Translations under genes and position numbers: made by a program
Source of the DNA: Alphaproteobacteria bacterium
GTDB taxonomy: Bacteria > Pseudomonadota > Alphaproteobacteria > UBA9219
Assembly (NCBI GenBank): GCA_026225415.1
Contig: JAMFSS010000008.1
Span: 45,219 to 109,218, forward strand
Reading direction: 5' to 3'
Length of the DNA stretch: 64,000 nt
Shown here: positions 35,990 to 46,028 of the stretch, in pieces
Position numbering within the stretch: the first letter of the stretch is position 1
How the letters are laid out: the number at the start of each line of letters is the position of its first letter
Notes under the pieces: generated by a model
Seen by the model: only the letters and a program-made list of their open reading frames with translations
The model's database searches: none
Told to the model about the DNA's origin: nothing

Positions 35990-36922
35990 CTACTCGGCAA
36001 CTAGCTCGGCATAACCCATGCCCGCCATACCGTAATGATTGCCACAATAAAAGAGATAGGTTTTGTCTTGAACCTGAAGTCGCTCGGCAAAGGCGACCAT
36101 CTCCGAATCCCACCCTGATGCGGATACATCGATGCCGACTTGATCGTCTTTGCGCATGAAATTCTTGCCATCGCGGGATTCGCCATAACCAAGCCGATAT
36201 TTTTTCGACAGGCTGCGGATCGAATAAATGATCTTGTAGACGTCGCCTTCCTTCCACAGGGTGCATTTCGCGATGCCATGCTCATCCTCGCTGCCCAAGC
36301 CAACGGCCACATGTCCTTTTTCACGGGGCCATTCGATGGGCGACGCAGATTCCGCATATTTCAAATCATAAAGAGGCAGTTTTTTCTTTTCGCCATCGAT
36401 CCAGCCGCTGCCGGCATCAGCCGTGTACCAAGCCTTGTAAACATCGCCTTCTTTAATCACAAAAGGAACACAGCGCGTCGAGCTTTCGCCATCGATACGG
36501 TCAAAGGTCGGCACGCGTGACGAGATTTTAGTGAAGCTATCGCCGTTATCTGTGCTGACGGCAACGCCGGCGAAAATCATATAGGGAACCTTCACACAGC
36601 TTTGATAACCGGAATAATACATATATAGCCTGTCCCCGTCACGCAGCAGGGATGCGGTCACCACGCCGTTATCATCGAAACAGCCGTCTTCGCCAATATC
36701 AATCACGGGTTCTTTGCTGTAGCCAATAATGCAGGAGGGATTCTGCGGGTCGACATCGACGTAACCGATGCGGCCGATATTTTTTTCATCGCACATCGTT
36801 ACAAAAATACGCAATGTCTTCTCGTCGCGCAGATACGGAACCGGCACCATAGTATTCTTCTTATACCAGGGCAGGTTAAGTGTCTCATGACTGCAGATCA
36901 GTCCCTTTTTTTCCCACTTCAT
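35990..36922 (-). CDS. hypothetical protein, probable beta-propeller (GH32/43/68-clan-like fold)
   Basis: 310 aa with repeated beta-strand blocks (..RIFVTMCDEKNIGRIGYVDVD.., ..LYMYYSGY.., ..YKAWYTAD.., ..YKIIYSIR.., ..TYLFYCGN..). This is a fold guess only. Confidence 0.35.
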   Translation of the reverse strand: MKWEKKGLICSHETLNLPWYKKNTMVPVPYLRDEKTLRIFVTMCDEKNIGRIGYVDVDPQNPSCIIGYSKEPVIDIGEDGCFDDNGVVTASLLRDGDRLYMYYSGYQSCVKVPYMIFAGVAVSTDNGDSFTKISSRVPTFDRIDGESSTRCVPFVIKEGDVYKAWYTADAGSGWIDGEKKKLPLYDLKYAESASPIEWPREKGHVAVGLGSEDEHGIAKCTLWKEGDVYKIIYSIRSLSKKYRLGYGESRDGKNFMRKDDQVGIDVSASGWDSEMVAFAERLQVQDKTYLFYCGNHYGMAGMGYAELVAE

Positions 36923-36970
36923 CGTTCCATCCTGTAAGTTCAGCCCCTTAAAAAAACACGGGGGAGTGTT

Positions 36971-38347
36971 TTAGGCAGCGTGGGCCAAAGCATAGGTTAT
37001 ATCTTTCGGATCCACAATAAAATCGGCATGAACGCTTTTATCATATTTGGTGTCGATTGTTCCCAAAACATAGGCAACACGGCATCCAACCGCCAGCGCC
37101 ATATGTTGCCAATACCAGAAAGCATTGCCTTTAAATCCTGCGACCAGGATAAAAATCTTCGCCTCGGGTTTACAAAAAATAACATTGACGCAAGCGGCTC
37201 CCGCCTGAATCACGACCACATCCGCATGGGCAAACAGGTCGCATTGCTCGTTAAAAGACAGTTTTTCCGGAGCGATGACTTCGAACCCCTGACTGATCAG
37301 CATCCGTTCAATCTCTGGGCCATTTTTTAAACTTCTGACGACGGAGCATCGGCGCACGAAAATCTTTCGCGGCCATACGCGGTCCTTATTTTGCGGTAGC
37401 TGATTGCGCCCTTTTTCTCGCACCAGCCCCAAGGCGTATGGACTAAACAAACCCTGCGAACGCAGCCTTCGCAGTTTACGTCGCGGATCATAAGGAACAT
37501 AACCGGCCGACGATATAACGATAAGCTGCCCGACCCTGACTTCCTGCTTGCCGCCAACAAATATGATGGGGTGGCCGGGAGCCACCAGGCCAATGGAATC
37601 TATAATATTGGGATGCAACCCCTCATTCACCAATAAAGGCACACCTGCATAGTCGGGGCATTGGGCGAAAACGGCGATGCGCGGTAATACTTCACTCAAC
37701 CAGTGGGCATAATTAGCCGCGCATCCCTCGACGAAAGTTGCGGCTCTGTCGATATTGGAAACCGTATATTGCGCATACCATTTTATTCTTTTTCGCATGA
37801 TGTCAATCCAGACGGCCCCCTTCACCTCTTCCACCGTCAGTTCGTTCTTGAGGTCATACAAATCGTGATGGATCGTGATATCATCGATGATAACGAAATT
37901 GCTGTGGCCACGGATTTTGCCGTTTTCAATCTGAAAAAGTTTGATGTCTGGAAACACATAATGATTATGCCCAAACGATAAACAGCCGCATAATTTAGCC
38001 GGATAAAGAACGGGCGGTGGCGTTTTCACCATCTGCTGTCGATGAAGCAAGGTCGCCTTTATTCCATTGGCGGCGATATAATGCGACATTTTGACAAGCG
38101 GTGTCGCATATATATGTATAAACATCAGGTAGGAATAAAAGGGCCGAATGCCGTTCCATATTTTTCTGACGCCCCATCTCAGGAATGGGATGTTTCTGAT
38201 CTTGCGATAATAGAACTTTCCCAGCCAAGAATGCTTGGCATGGTCGAATGCAGACTCGTAAGTCGCGTCGCTGCATTGGTGAGGAACCCCAAATATGTTG
38301 ATAACCAGGGCATCCTTTAAAAATCTGACAAAGTCGCGATAACGCAT
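36971..38347 (-). CDS. GT61/DUF563-like glycosyltransferase
   Basis: 458 aa; [13 protein letters not shown], and a C-terminal block [54 protein letters not shown] typical of DUF563. Confidence 0.55.
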   Translation of the reverse strand: MRYRDFVRFLKDALVINIFGVPHQCSDATYESAFDHAKHSWLGKFYYRKIRNIPFLRWGVRKIWNGIRPFYSYLMFIHIYATPLVKMSHYIAANGIKATLLHRQQMVKTPPPVLYPAKLCGCLSFGHNHYVFPDIKLFQIENGKIRGHSNFVIIDDITIHHDLYDLKNELTVEEVKGAVWIDIMRKRIKWYAQYTVSNIDRAATFVEGCAANYAHWLSEVLPRIAVFAQCPDYAGVPLLVNEGLHPNIIDSIGLVAPGHPIIFVGGKQEVRVGQLIVISSAGYVPYDPRRKLRRLRSQGLFSPYALGLVREKGRNQLPQNKDRVWPRKIFVRRCSVVRSLKNGPEIERMLISQGFEVIAPEKLSFNEQCDLFAHADVVVIQAGAACVNVIFCKPEAKIFILVAGFKGNAFWYWQHMALAVGCRVAYVLGTIDTKYDKSVHADFIVDPKDITYALAHAA

Positions 38348-39402
38348 TTCGTTTCTTCTTCTGTTTGCAAGGGAGACAAAGGCAGGCTGATAACTTCGCC
38401 GGCCAGCTGTTCCGCAATCGGGAATGATTTAGGCCATGGCGCGTAACAGGGTTGCTGATGCGGCGGCGTGGGATAATGGATAACTGTGCCGATGCCTTTT
38501 TCGGTCAGGTATTTTTGCAAGACGTCACGTTTCTTGCTGCGCACCACAAACAGATGCCAAACAGGGTCGGCCCATTGCGGCACGTGAGGCAGGATAAGAT
38601 CCGTGTCGCGCAATCCGTCCAGATAAAGTTTTGCTGTATGTCTGCGCTTTTCATTCCATTCGTCCAGCACCGCAAGTTTGACGCGCAATAAGGCCGCCTG
38701 CAGCTCATCAAGGCGGCTGTTATAGCCCGCGACTTCATGTTGATATTTGACCGAAGATCCGTAATTGCGCAGTTTGCGCAATTGATTGGCTAGATTGTCG
38801 TCATTTGTCAGAACCGCGCCGCCATCCCCGAGCGCACCCAGATTTTTGCCCGGATAAAAACTGGTGGCCGCGGCATGCCCCAACGAACAGGCTTTGTCCC
38901 CGTGATACAAAGCGCCCTGTGCCTGTGCCGCGTCTTCAATCACGATCAAGCCATGTTTGGCGGCAAGCGCCTTGATCGGATTCATATCCGCCGTCTGGCC
39001 ATAAAGATGAACAGGCATGATGGCTTTTGTTTTTGGCGTGAGCGCCGCTTCGATTTTTGTTGGATCCATATTATGCGTGGCGGGATCAGGTTCAATCGCA
39101 ACTGGCGTCGCGCCGCATTGCGACACGGCCAACCATGTCGCAATAAAAGTATTGGAGGGAACAATCACCTCATCGCCCGACCCAATACCATAGGCGCGCA
39201 GGATTAAATGAAGGGCATCCAGCCCATTGGCGACGCTGATGCAATGAGATACGCCGCAATAACGCGCAAATTCGACCTCGAACGCCTCGACTTCAGGGCC
39301 GAGAATAAACCAGCCTGAGTTGAGGACGCGTGAAAAAGCTTCCTCAAGCTGGGGCTTCAAATTTTGGTGCGCGCGCTTAAGGTCAAGAAAAGGAACCTGC
39401 AT
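38317..39402 (-). CDS. DegT/DnrJ/EryC1/StrS family PLP-dependent NDP-sugar aminotransferase
   Basis: 361 aa; [15 protein letters not shown], and a PLP-lysine context [17 protein letters not shown]. The Lys is present, so this is a transaminase, not an E1-type dehydrase. Confidence 0.85.
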   Translation of the reverse strand: MQVPFLDLKRAHQNLKPQLEEAFSRVLNSGWFILGPEVEAFEVEFARYCGVSHCISVANGLDALHLILRAYGIGSGDEVIVPSNTFIATWLAVSQCGATPVAIEPDPATHNMDPTKIEAALTPKTKAIMPVHLYGQTADMNPIKALAAKHGLIVIEDAAQAQGALYHGDKACSLGHAAATSFYPGKNLGALGDGGAVLTNDDNLANQLRKLRNYGSSVKYQHEVAGYNSRLDELQAALLRVKLAVLDEWNEKRRHTAKLYLDGLRDTDLILPHVPQWADPVWHLFVVRSKKRDVLQKYLTEKGIGTVIHYPTPPHQQPCYAPWPKSFPIAEQLAGEVISLPLSPLQTEEETKCVIATLSDF

Positions 39403-39407
39403 AAAGG

Positions 39408-39815
39408 TTACGCTTCCTTCGCGGCGGCGGCGAAATCCTCATAGTGACGGAAATAATCGCTTTCCTCATACACTTCGGAAGCCAGCACGAGGCAGACCGC
39501 GCCTGATGAAAAATTATCCAGATCGCGCCACATCATCGATGGAATATACAGCCCATTGTAAGAACGGTTCAGATGAATCTTTTGGCGTTCGCCTTTGCCA
39601 TTGTCCAACGTAACGTCAAAACTGCCCGACATGGCAATCATCAGCTGTTGCAATTTTTTGTGGCCATGCCCCGCGCGCGTGGCGCCGCCCGGCACATCAT
39701 ACAAATAATAAACGCGTTTGATCTCGAAAGGGATATGTTCCCCCTGAACAAAAGTCAGGTTGCCCCGCGGATCGTTGATACGCGGGAGATCGATTACTTT
39801 GCACTCTGCGACCAT
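39408..39815 (-). CDS. FdtA/QdtA/WxcM-like NDP-4-keto-6-deoxyhexose 3,4-ketoisomerase (cupin)
   Basis: 135 aa; [46 protein letters not shown]. Confidence 0.8.
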   Translation of the reverse strand: MVAECKVIDLPRINDPRGNLTFVQGEHIPFEIKRVYYLYDVPGGATRAGHGHKKLQQLMIAMSGSFDVTLDNGKGERQKIHLNRSYNGLYIPSMMWRDLDNFSSGAVCLVLASEVYEESDYFRHYEDFAAAAKEA

Positions 39816-39941
39816 AGGTTTATTTTCTCCCTAACCGGTTCATAACACACGCATCCTTGCCAAAAGGCAATCTATCCCTTATAGCCAATAAACTCAAGCG
39901 CATGTGCCTGTTTTTCCAAGTTTACGGGACGGGAATCGAGA

Positions 39942-40880
39942 ATGAAAATTGAACGCTATACGCCGGAAAAGCAATCGGCCTGGAATGCGCATGTTGAGAG
40001 CGCCCGCAACAGCCATTTTATGCACAAGCGCAATTATATGGATTATCACGCGGATAGATTCGCCGACCATTCATTGATCTTTACCGAAGAGAACGGCGAA
40101 TATCTCGCGATCTTGCCCATGTCGGAACAGGAAAAAACTCTTCATTCGCATCAGGGGCTGACTTTCGGCGGCTTGATTTTGGGTCATAGCGTGCGCAGCG
40201 GCGCGATTTTAGAGATGTTCGCTTTGCTGAACACTTACGCAAGCGAACGCGGTTTTAGCCGCATTGTTTATAAAGCGATGCCCTATATTTATCATCAGGC
40301 CCCGACAGGCGAAGATGAATACGCCTTGTTTCGGCAGGGAGCGCGGCTCTTCCGCGTTGACATAAGCACAACAGTGGATTTTGCCTATCCGCTTCCTTTT
40401 TCTTCCCTGCGCAGCCGCGGCGCGAAAAAGGCCCTGAAAGCAGGAATTGCAGTGCGCCGCAGCGAAGATTTTTCTGCCTTTCACGGCATTCTGAGTCGCA
40501 TTTTACAAGACAAATATGAGGCGCGCGTGACGCATAGCGAGCAAGAATTGGTCATGCTGGCATCACGCTTTCCCGATAACATCAAGCTGTTCGGCGCCTA
40601 TGCGGGCGAAGAAATGGTGGCAGGCGTTATTATTTTTGAAACCGCCACTGTCGCCCATGCGCAATATATTGGCGCATCGGATGCGGGGCGCGAAGCGGGC
40701 GCGCTTGATTTAATTTTCTCGACGCTTATTCAGGAAACATTCAAGCATAAACGTTATTTCGATTTCGGCATTTCGACCGAAGACGCCGGCAAAACGCTGA
40801 ATGAAAACCTGATCGCGCAAAAGGAGGGGTTCGGTGGCCGCGGCATGACCCATAAATTCTACGAAATCAATCCAGCTTAG
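39942..40880 (+). CDS. GNAT-fold acyl/aminoacyl transferase, FemAB-like double-domain architecture
   Basis: 312 aa. The size and pattern (..FMHKRNYMDYH.., ..AHAQYIGASDAGREAGALDLIFSTLI.., ..NLIAQKEGFG) resemble the Fem/acetyltransf_6-type proteins seen in O-antigen loci. No strong motif. Confidence 0.45.
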   Translation: MKIERYTPEKQSAWNAHVESARNSHFMHKRNYMDYHADRFADHSLIFTEENGEYLAILPMSEQEKTLHSHQGLTFGGLILGHSVRSGAILEMFALLNTYASERGFSRIVYKAMPYIYHQAPTGEDEYALFRQGARLFRVDISTTVDFAYPLPFSSLRSRGAKKALKAGIAVRRSEDFSAFHGILSRILQDKYEARVTHSEQELVMLASRFPDNIKLFGAYAGEEMVAGVIIFETATVAHAQYIGASDAGREAGALDLIFSTLIQETFKHKRYFDFGISTEDAGKTLNENLIAQKEGFGGRGMTHKFYEINPA

Positions 40881-41616
40881 CCTCGACGTCCTCGCGGGTG
40901 ATTTCGCGAACGGCGCCATGCTCCAGATGGAAAAAGCGGTTGCAATATTGGCGCACAATCTCAAGGCTGTGGGATGCGAAAACAAAGATGCCGACCGAAC
41001 GAATAAGATTGATCATTCGCTCGCGCGCCTTGGCCTGAAATTCGGCATCACCCGTACCAAACATTTCATCAACCAGAAGAATGTCAGGTTTGGTCGATGT
41101 CGCCACCGCGAACATTAAACGTGTTGCCATGCCGGCGGAATAAGTGCGCACCGGCAATTGCAGGAAATTACCAAGTTCGGTAAATTCTTCGATATCCTTG
41201 ATGTTAGCGGCGATGTCGTTTTTATTCAGCCCCAACAGCATCGACATGCGGGTAATATTTTCATAACCTGACAATTCGGGATCCATTCCGGCGCCAAGAT
41301 CAAGCATGGTCGCCACGCGGCCTTTGCGCGTTACCCGCCCCTGTACCGGCGTATAAACCCCCGCCATTGTACGCAACATTGTGCTTTTTCCGGCGCCATT
41401 ATGGCCGATCAACCCGACAGAATCGCCTTCCTTAATTTCAAAATTCGCGTTTTTTAACGCTGTAACGATCTGCACATGCTTGGCATCGCTTTCAATATGG
41501 CCGCCTGTGCTGATACGAACCAGATGGTTGCGCAACGACATGCTGCGGCTGTTATAGATGGGGTATTGAACCGTAACATCATCAAACTTTATATGTGCAG
41601 TCATGGCTATACCCAA
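40867..41616 (-). CDS. wzt: polysaccharide ABC exporter ATP-binding protein (Wzt/TagH type, short form)
   Basis: 249 aa; Walker A GHNGAGKST, signature YSAGMATRL, Walker B ILLVDEMFGTGD. There is no C-terminal carbohydrate-binding domain. Confidence 0.8.
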   Translation of the reverse strand: MGIAMTAHIKFDDVTVQYPIYNSRSMSLRNHLVRISTGGHIESDAKHVQIVTALKNANFEIKEGDSVGLIGHNGAGKSTMLRTMAGVYTPVQGRVTRKGRVATMLDLGAGMDPELSGYENITRMSMLLGLNKNDIAANIKDIEEFTELGNFLQLPVRTYSAGMATRLMFAVATSTKPDILLVDEMFGTGDAEFQAKARERMINLIRSVGIFVFASHSLEIVRQYCNRFFHLEHGAVREITREDVEAKLD

Positions 41617-42389
41617 AATGCGATGCGGTTGCGTTTGGCATTAAACAGGGCAAGCGTCGCGCCCCCGCCTACCACCAGCATGGCCACATTCATCAGCAAC
41701 AAATGGGTCGGGACTGTTTCCCCTAAAAGCGGATAACGGATAATTTCGATCATATCGCCAAACGGGTTCAGCCACATGAATTTTTGCATAAGAGGCGGCA
41801 AGGCATTGGGGCGGTACATGACCGGTGTGAAGAACATCATCATCGGCATAATCATGCCGATCAGATATTCCAGATCGCGGAAACGCGCGCCCAGAATACC
41901 AACCAACAGAGCCATCCAGAACATGTTAAGGACGACTAACACAAAATCAGGAATAGCCCAAAAAGCCTCCAGCGACAGAGGTTGCCCCAAAATCAGAGAC
42001 ACAATAAAAAACAGGGGCAAAGTGTGCGCCAGATTGATGATATGCCGCAACAAGAGTTGTGCCGGATGCACAGACAAGGGCAGGCTGAGATTGCGGATGA
42101 TATTGGCCTGTCGGGTAAAGACGGATACCGCCTCGTTTATACAGCCTGATATAAACTGCCAGAGAACCAGACCAACCGTCAGCAAAGGGACATAGGAAGC
42201 GCGATCAATTTTGAAAAGATAACTCCACACAAAACCCAGCCCCGTCACACCGATGGCCGTACTAATCGTGATCCAGCCGGGGCCCAGAACGCTGCGCTTG
42301 TAACGCGCACGAATATCCGACCAGGCCATGTACAAAATAAGCCGAGGATTGGAAAAGGCCTTGATCAGGTCTGCTATTCCGGAACGCAT
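41607..42389 (-). CDS. wzm: ABC-2 type polysaccharide exporter permease (Wzm)
   Basis: I chose the ATG at 42387-42389 (MRSGIADLIKAF..). WSDIRARYKRSVLGPGW is the characteristic ABC-2 N-terminal motif; six TM helices. Confidence 0.75.
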   Translation of the reverse strand: MRSGIADLIKAFSNPRLILYMAWSDIRARYKRSVLGPGWITISTAIGVTGLGFVWSYLFKIDRASYVPLLTVGLVLWQFISGCINEAVSVFTRQANIIRNLSLPLSVHPAQLLLRHIINLAHTLPLFFIVSLILGQPLSLEAFWAIPDFVLVVLNMFWMALLVGILGARFRDLEYLIGMIMPMMMFFTPVMYRPNALPPLMQKFMWLNPFGDMIEIIRYPLLGETVPTHLLLMNVAMLVVGGGATLALFNAKRNRIAFWV

Positions 42390-42594
42390 TGGGAATCCAT
42401 ATAATTTTCTTGAGCAAGATACGCGCAAAGGGAGTCGAAGCGGCAAGCTAAACAAAAAACACAGTCAAAGCAATAGCAGGAGCCTCGATACTATTCTGAC
42501 AGAGGGATTGCGCCGCCTATTAGGCTTGCCGGTATTTACCCTGCATTGTAACTTACGTTTTGCGCCCAACCCTTTGACCAGAGAAGCAGACCCT

Positions 42595-43464
42595 TTGCCG
42601 ATAATTTCCCAACCCCTGACTTCCGTCATTCTGGTCACCTATTATACTGGCGCATCATTATTTCACGCGATCGAATCAATTTTAAAGCAGCAGGCACCGG
42701 TCGAGTTGGTGATCGTTGATAACGGCAATCCCGAAGCGATTGTCACGCACATGCAGGCGATGGCCTCTGCCGACCCCCGCATTACTCTTCTGACCGGTCA
42801 TGGCAATGTCGGGTTTGGACGCGGCAACAATTTGGGTGTTAAAGCTTCACATGGTGATTATCTGATTATTCTTAATCCTGACTGTGAGTTACGCAATGAT
42901 ACTCTTGCGATACTTCATCAACAGGCCACGAAACTTGTGTCGCCTTTTATGATTGGCGCACGTATTTTAAATGAAGACGGCAGTGATCAAAGGGGATGCC
43001 GGCGCGAATTACTGACGCCAACAACGGCCTTTATCGAAGCGTTACACCTATCGCGTTTCTTCCCGCATCTGCGCCTTAACCGACATCAAGATGCCCTTCC
43101 ATCCGCGATAACCCCTATACCCGCTATCAGCGGCGCCTTTATGTTTATCTCGCGTCCGGATTTTGACCGGATAGCCGGTTTTGACGAGGAGTATTTCCTG
43201 CATGTGGAAGATTTGGATTTCTGTTTCCGCTTCCGCAAAGCCGGTGGCGAGATTTATTTTTCGCCGGACGTTGTTGTGACTCATATTGGAGGCACCAGCG
43301 AATCGCCTTCCGATTTTGTAGAACGGCATAAAACAAAGGGATTTATTCGTTATTTTCGCCAAAATTTTGCGGAGAGCACCCCTTTTATGCTATTATGTTT
43401 ACTGGAAATTGCCATTTGGATGAGGTACTTTCTGCAACGCCGCCTGGGTAGGCGGTTTTTATAA
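42595..43464 (+). CDS. family 2 glycosyltransferase (rhamnosyltransferase-like)
   Basis: SVILVTYYTG, LVIVDNGN, NVGFGRGNN, ILNPDCEL, FLHVEDLDFCFR. The start is uncertain: there is no in-frame ATG after 42328, which overlaps wzm. TTG at 42595 is one candidate. Confidence 0.6.
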   Translation: MPIISQPLTSVILVTYYTGASLFHAIESILKQQAPVELVIVDNGNPEAIVTHMQAMASADPRITLLTGHGNVGFGRGNNLGVKASHGDYLIILNPDCELRNDTLAILHQQATKLVSPFMIGARILNEDGSDQRGCRRELLTPTTAFIEALHLSRFFPHLRLNRHQDALPSAITPIPAISGAFMFISRPDFDRIAGFDEEYFLHVEDLDFCFRFRKAGGEIYFSPDVVVTHIGGTSESPSDFVERHKTKGFIRYFRQNFAESTPFMLLCLLEIAIWMRYFLQRRLGRRFL

Positions 43465-43486
43465 TGCAGCTTTTACCGGAACAACT

Positions 43487-44608
43487 ATGAACGCGACGCA
43501 CGCGCCCCTGCCCCACAGCCTATCGAACAAACCTATCCTTGTCACAGGAAGCGCGGGTTTTATCGGCGCGAATTTCGTTCTTGAATGGCTGCGCGATTAT
43601 CAAGGGTTGGTCATCAGCCTCGACAAACTGACCTATGCGGGCAACAAGGCCAGCCTTGCCAGTTTGGATAACGACCCGCGGCATTTGTTTGTGCATGGGG
43701 ATATTGGCGACGGTGAATTGGTTACCCAGTTGCTGACAACGCACAAACCTATGGCCATCATCAATTTTGCCGCAGAATCCCATGTCGATCGTTCGATCCA
43801 CAGCCCTGCTGATTTTATCCAAACCAATGTCGTCGCCACGTTGAGCCTGTTGGAATCCACGCGGGTATATTTTTCAAATTTGCCTGAAGCCGACAAAAGC
43901 GTTTTCCGCTTTCTGCATGTTTCGACTGATGAAGTTTATGGCTCGCTTGCGCCCGATGCGCCCGCCTTCAGTGAAACCAACCAGACATTACCCAACAGCC
44001 CTTATGCGGCATCGAAAGCCGCTTCCGATCATTTAGTGCGCGCCTATCATCACACTTATGGCCTGCCTGTCCTGACCACGAATTGTTCAAATAATTACGG
44101 CCCCTATCAATTCCCGGAAAAACTGATCCCGCTGATGATCACAAACGCGTTGGCGGGCAAGCCGTTACCCGTCTATGGCGATGGGCAGAATATCCGCGAT
44201 TGGTTATATGTCAGCGATCATTGCGCCGCCATTCGGCGCGTGTTGGACAAAGGCCGTATCGGCGAGATTTATAATATCGGCGGCCGTAACGAGATTAAAA
44301 ATATCGATATCGTCCATACGCTTTGCGATATTTTGGATAAAGTAAAACCTTTGGCAACAGGCCGCACCTATCGCGACCAGATTACCTATGTCCCCGACCG
44401 CCCCGGCCATGATCGTCGCTATGCTATCGACGCACGCAAGATCGAAGGCGAGCTGGGTTGGACACCGCAAGAAACATTCGCGTCAGGCATCGAAAAAACC
44501 GTGCGGTGGTATTTAGACAATCAGGGTTGGGTCGATAATGTGACCAGCGGCGCCTATCGCCAATGGGTTAAAACCAATTATGAATCAGGCATACGGGCAT
44601 CGGCATGA
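43487..44608 (+). CDS. rfbB: dTDP-glucose 4,6-dehydratase
   Basis: 373 aa; [31 protein letters not shown]. Confidence 0.95.
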   Translation: MNATHAPLPHSLSNKPILVTGSAGFIGANFVLEWLRDYQGLVISLDKLTYAGNKASLASLDNDPRHLFVHGDIGDGELVTQLLTTHKPMAIINFAAESHVDRSIHSPADFIQTNVVATLSLLESTRVYFSNLPEADKSVFRFLHVSTDEVYGSLAPDAPAFSETNQTLPNSPYAASKAASDHLVRAYHHTYGLPVLTTNCSNNYGPYQFPEKLIPLMITNALAGKPLPVYGDGQNIRDWLYVSDHCAAIRRVLDKGRIGEIYNIGGRNEIKNIDIVHTLCDILDKVKPLATGRTYRDQITYVPDRPGHDRRYAIDARKIEGELGWTPQETFASGIEKTVRWYLDNQGWVDNVTSGAYRQWVKTNYESGIRASA

Positions 44609-45486
44609 AGCGCAAAGGCATTATTCTGGCGGGCGGCGCAGGCACGCGCCTTCATCCCGCGACACTTGCTATATCGAAACAGCTTCTGCCGATTTACGAC
44701 AAGCCGATGATTTATTATCCGCTGACGACCTTGATGTTGGCAGGCATCCGCGACATCCTGATTATCTCCACGCCCCAGGATACGCCGCGTTTTGAACAGT
44801 TACTCGGTGATGGCAGCGCATGGGGATTGAATCTGCAATACGCAGTACAACCTTCGCCAGATGGGTTGGCACAGGCCTTTATCATTGGGCGCGATTTTCT
44901 GGGCGATTCTCCGGCCGCGTTGGTTTTAGGTGACAATATTTATTTCGGTCATGATTTGCCGCAGATGCTTAAACAGGCCAATGATGTCGAAGAAGGTGCG
45001 ACCGTATTTGCGTATTATGTCGGCGACCCCGGCCGTTATGGCGTTGTCGAATTCGACGAACAGTTTCGCGCCATCTCAATTGAAGAAAAACCGAAACAAC
45101 CCAAAACCAACTATGCCATCACCGGTCTTTATTTTTATGACAATAAAGTTATCGATTATGCGGCCAGCCTGAAACCTTCGCCGCGCGGCGAGTTGGAAAT
45201 TACCGACCTGAATTGCCTTTACATGAATGACGGAAAATTAAATGTGGGGATTATGGGGCGTGGGCACGCATGGCTGGATACCGGCACCCATGAATCTCTT
45301 TTAGAAGCGAGCCAGTTTGTTCAAACCATCGAACGCCGCCAGGGAATGAAGATTGCCTGCCCCGAAGAGATTGCCTTTCGCATGAATTACATTGATGGCG
45401 CGCAGTTGGAAAAATTGGCAGCACCGCTTTTGAAAAACGCTTACGGCGCATATTTGATGAATATCCTTAGGGAAAACCGTCGATGA
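44605..45486 (+). CDS. rfbA: glucose-1-phosphate thymidylyltransferase
   Basis: 293 aa; [34 protein letters not shown]. Confidence 0.95.
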   Translation: MKRKGIILAGGAGTRLHPATLAISKQLLPIYDKPMIYYPLTTLMLAGIRDILIISTPQDTPRFEQLLGDGSAWGLNLQYAVQPSPDGLAQAFIIGRDFLGDSPAALVLGDNIYFGHDLPQMLKQANDVEEGATVFAYYVGDPGRYGVVEFDEQFRAISIEEKPKQPKTNYAITGLYFYDNKVIDYAASLKPSPRGELEITDLNCLYMNDGKLNVGIMGRGHAWLDTGTHESLLEASQFVQTIERRQGMKIACPEEIAFRMNYIDGAQLEKLAAPLLKNAYGAYLMNILRENRR

Positions 45487-46028
45487 AAATCACCCCTACC
45501 AGACTCAAAGATGTTGTGATTCTTGAACCGCACGTTTATGGCGATGCCCGTGGTTTCTTCATCGAAAGCTATAATGCACAATTGGTGCGCGAAGCTTTGG
45601 GCGATAATGTTGATTTCGTGCAGGACAATCATTCGCGCTCTGCCCGTGGGGTTTTGCGCGGGTTGCATTATCAGATTAAACAACCGCAAGGCAAATTGGT
45701 TCGCGTTGTTAAAGGCCGCATTTTTGATGTGGCCGTCGATATGCGCCGTTCGTCGCCAACCTTTAAACAATGGGAAGGCATAGAATTATCGGAAGATAAT
45801 TATCGCCAGCTTTGGGTGCCGCCAGGTTTTGCGCATGGTTTTGTGGTTTTATCTGACTCTGCCGATGTCCTTTACAAGACTACGGATTATTACGCGCCGC
45901 AGCATGAGCGCAGCCTGTCATGGAATGACCCCACAGTGGCGGTTGAATGGCCGATTGATTTTGCGCCGATCTTGTCCGCGCGCGATGTGGGCGGTCTTTC
46001 CTGGGATCATGCAGAAACTTTTGCATGA
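45483..46028 (+). CDS. rfbC: dTDP-4-dehydrorhamnose 3,5-epimerase
   Basis: 181 aa; [23 protein letters not shown]. Confidence 0.95.
   Translation: MKITPTRLKDVVILEPHVYGDARGFFIESYNAQLVREALGDNVDFVQDNHSRSARGVLRGLHYQIKQPQGKLVRVVKGRIFDVAVDMRRSSPTFKQWEGIELSEDNYRQLWVPPGFAHGFVVLSDSADVLYKTTDYYAPQHERSLSWNDPTVAVEWPIDFAPILSARDVGGLSWDHAETFA

Noticed and set aside
42328-42594. 5' part of track ORF 42328-43464, starting at an ATG inside wzm
   Set aside because: It overlaps the wzm start on the opposite strand. It encodes a basic, non-GT2-like leader (..RKGSRSGKLNKKHSQSNSRS..). The GT2 fold starts at ..SVILVTYY.., so a non-ATG start further downstream (for example TTG at 42595) is more plausible, though unproven.
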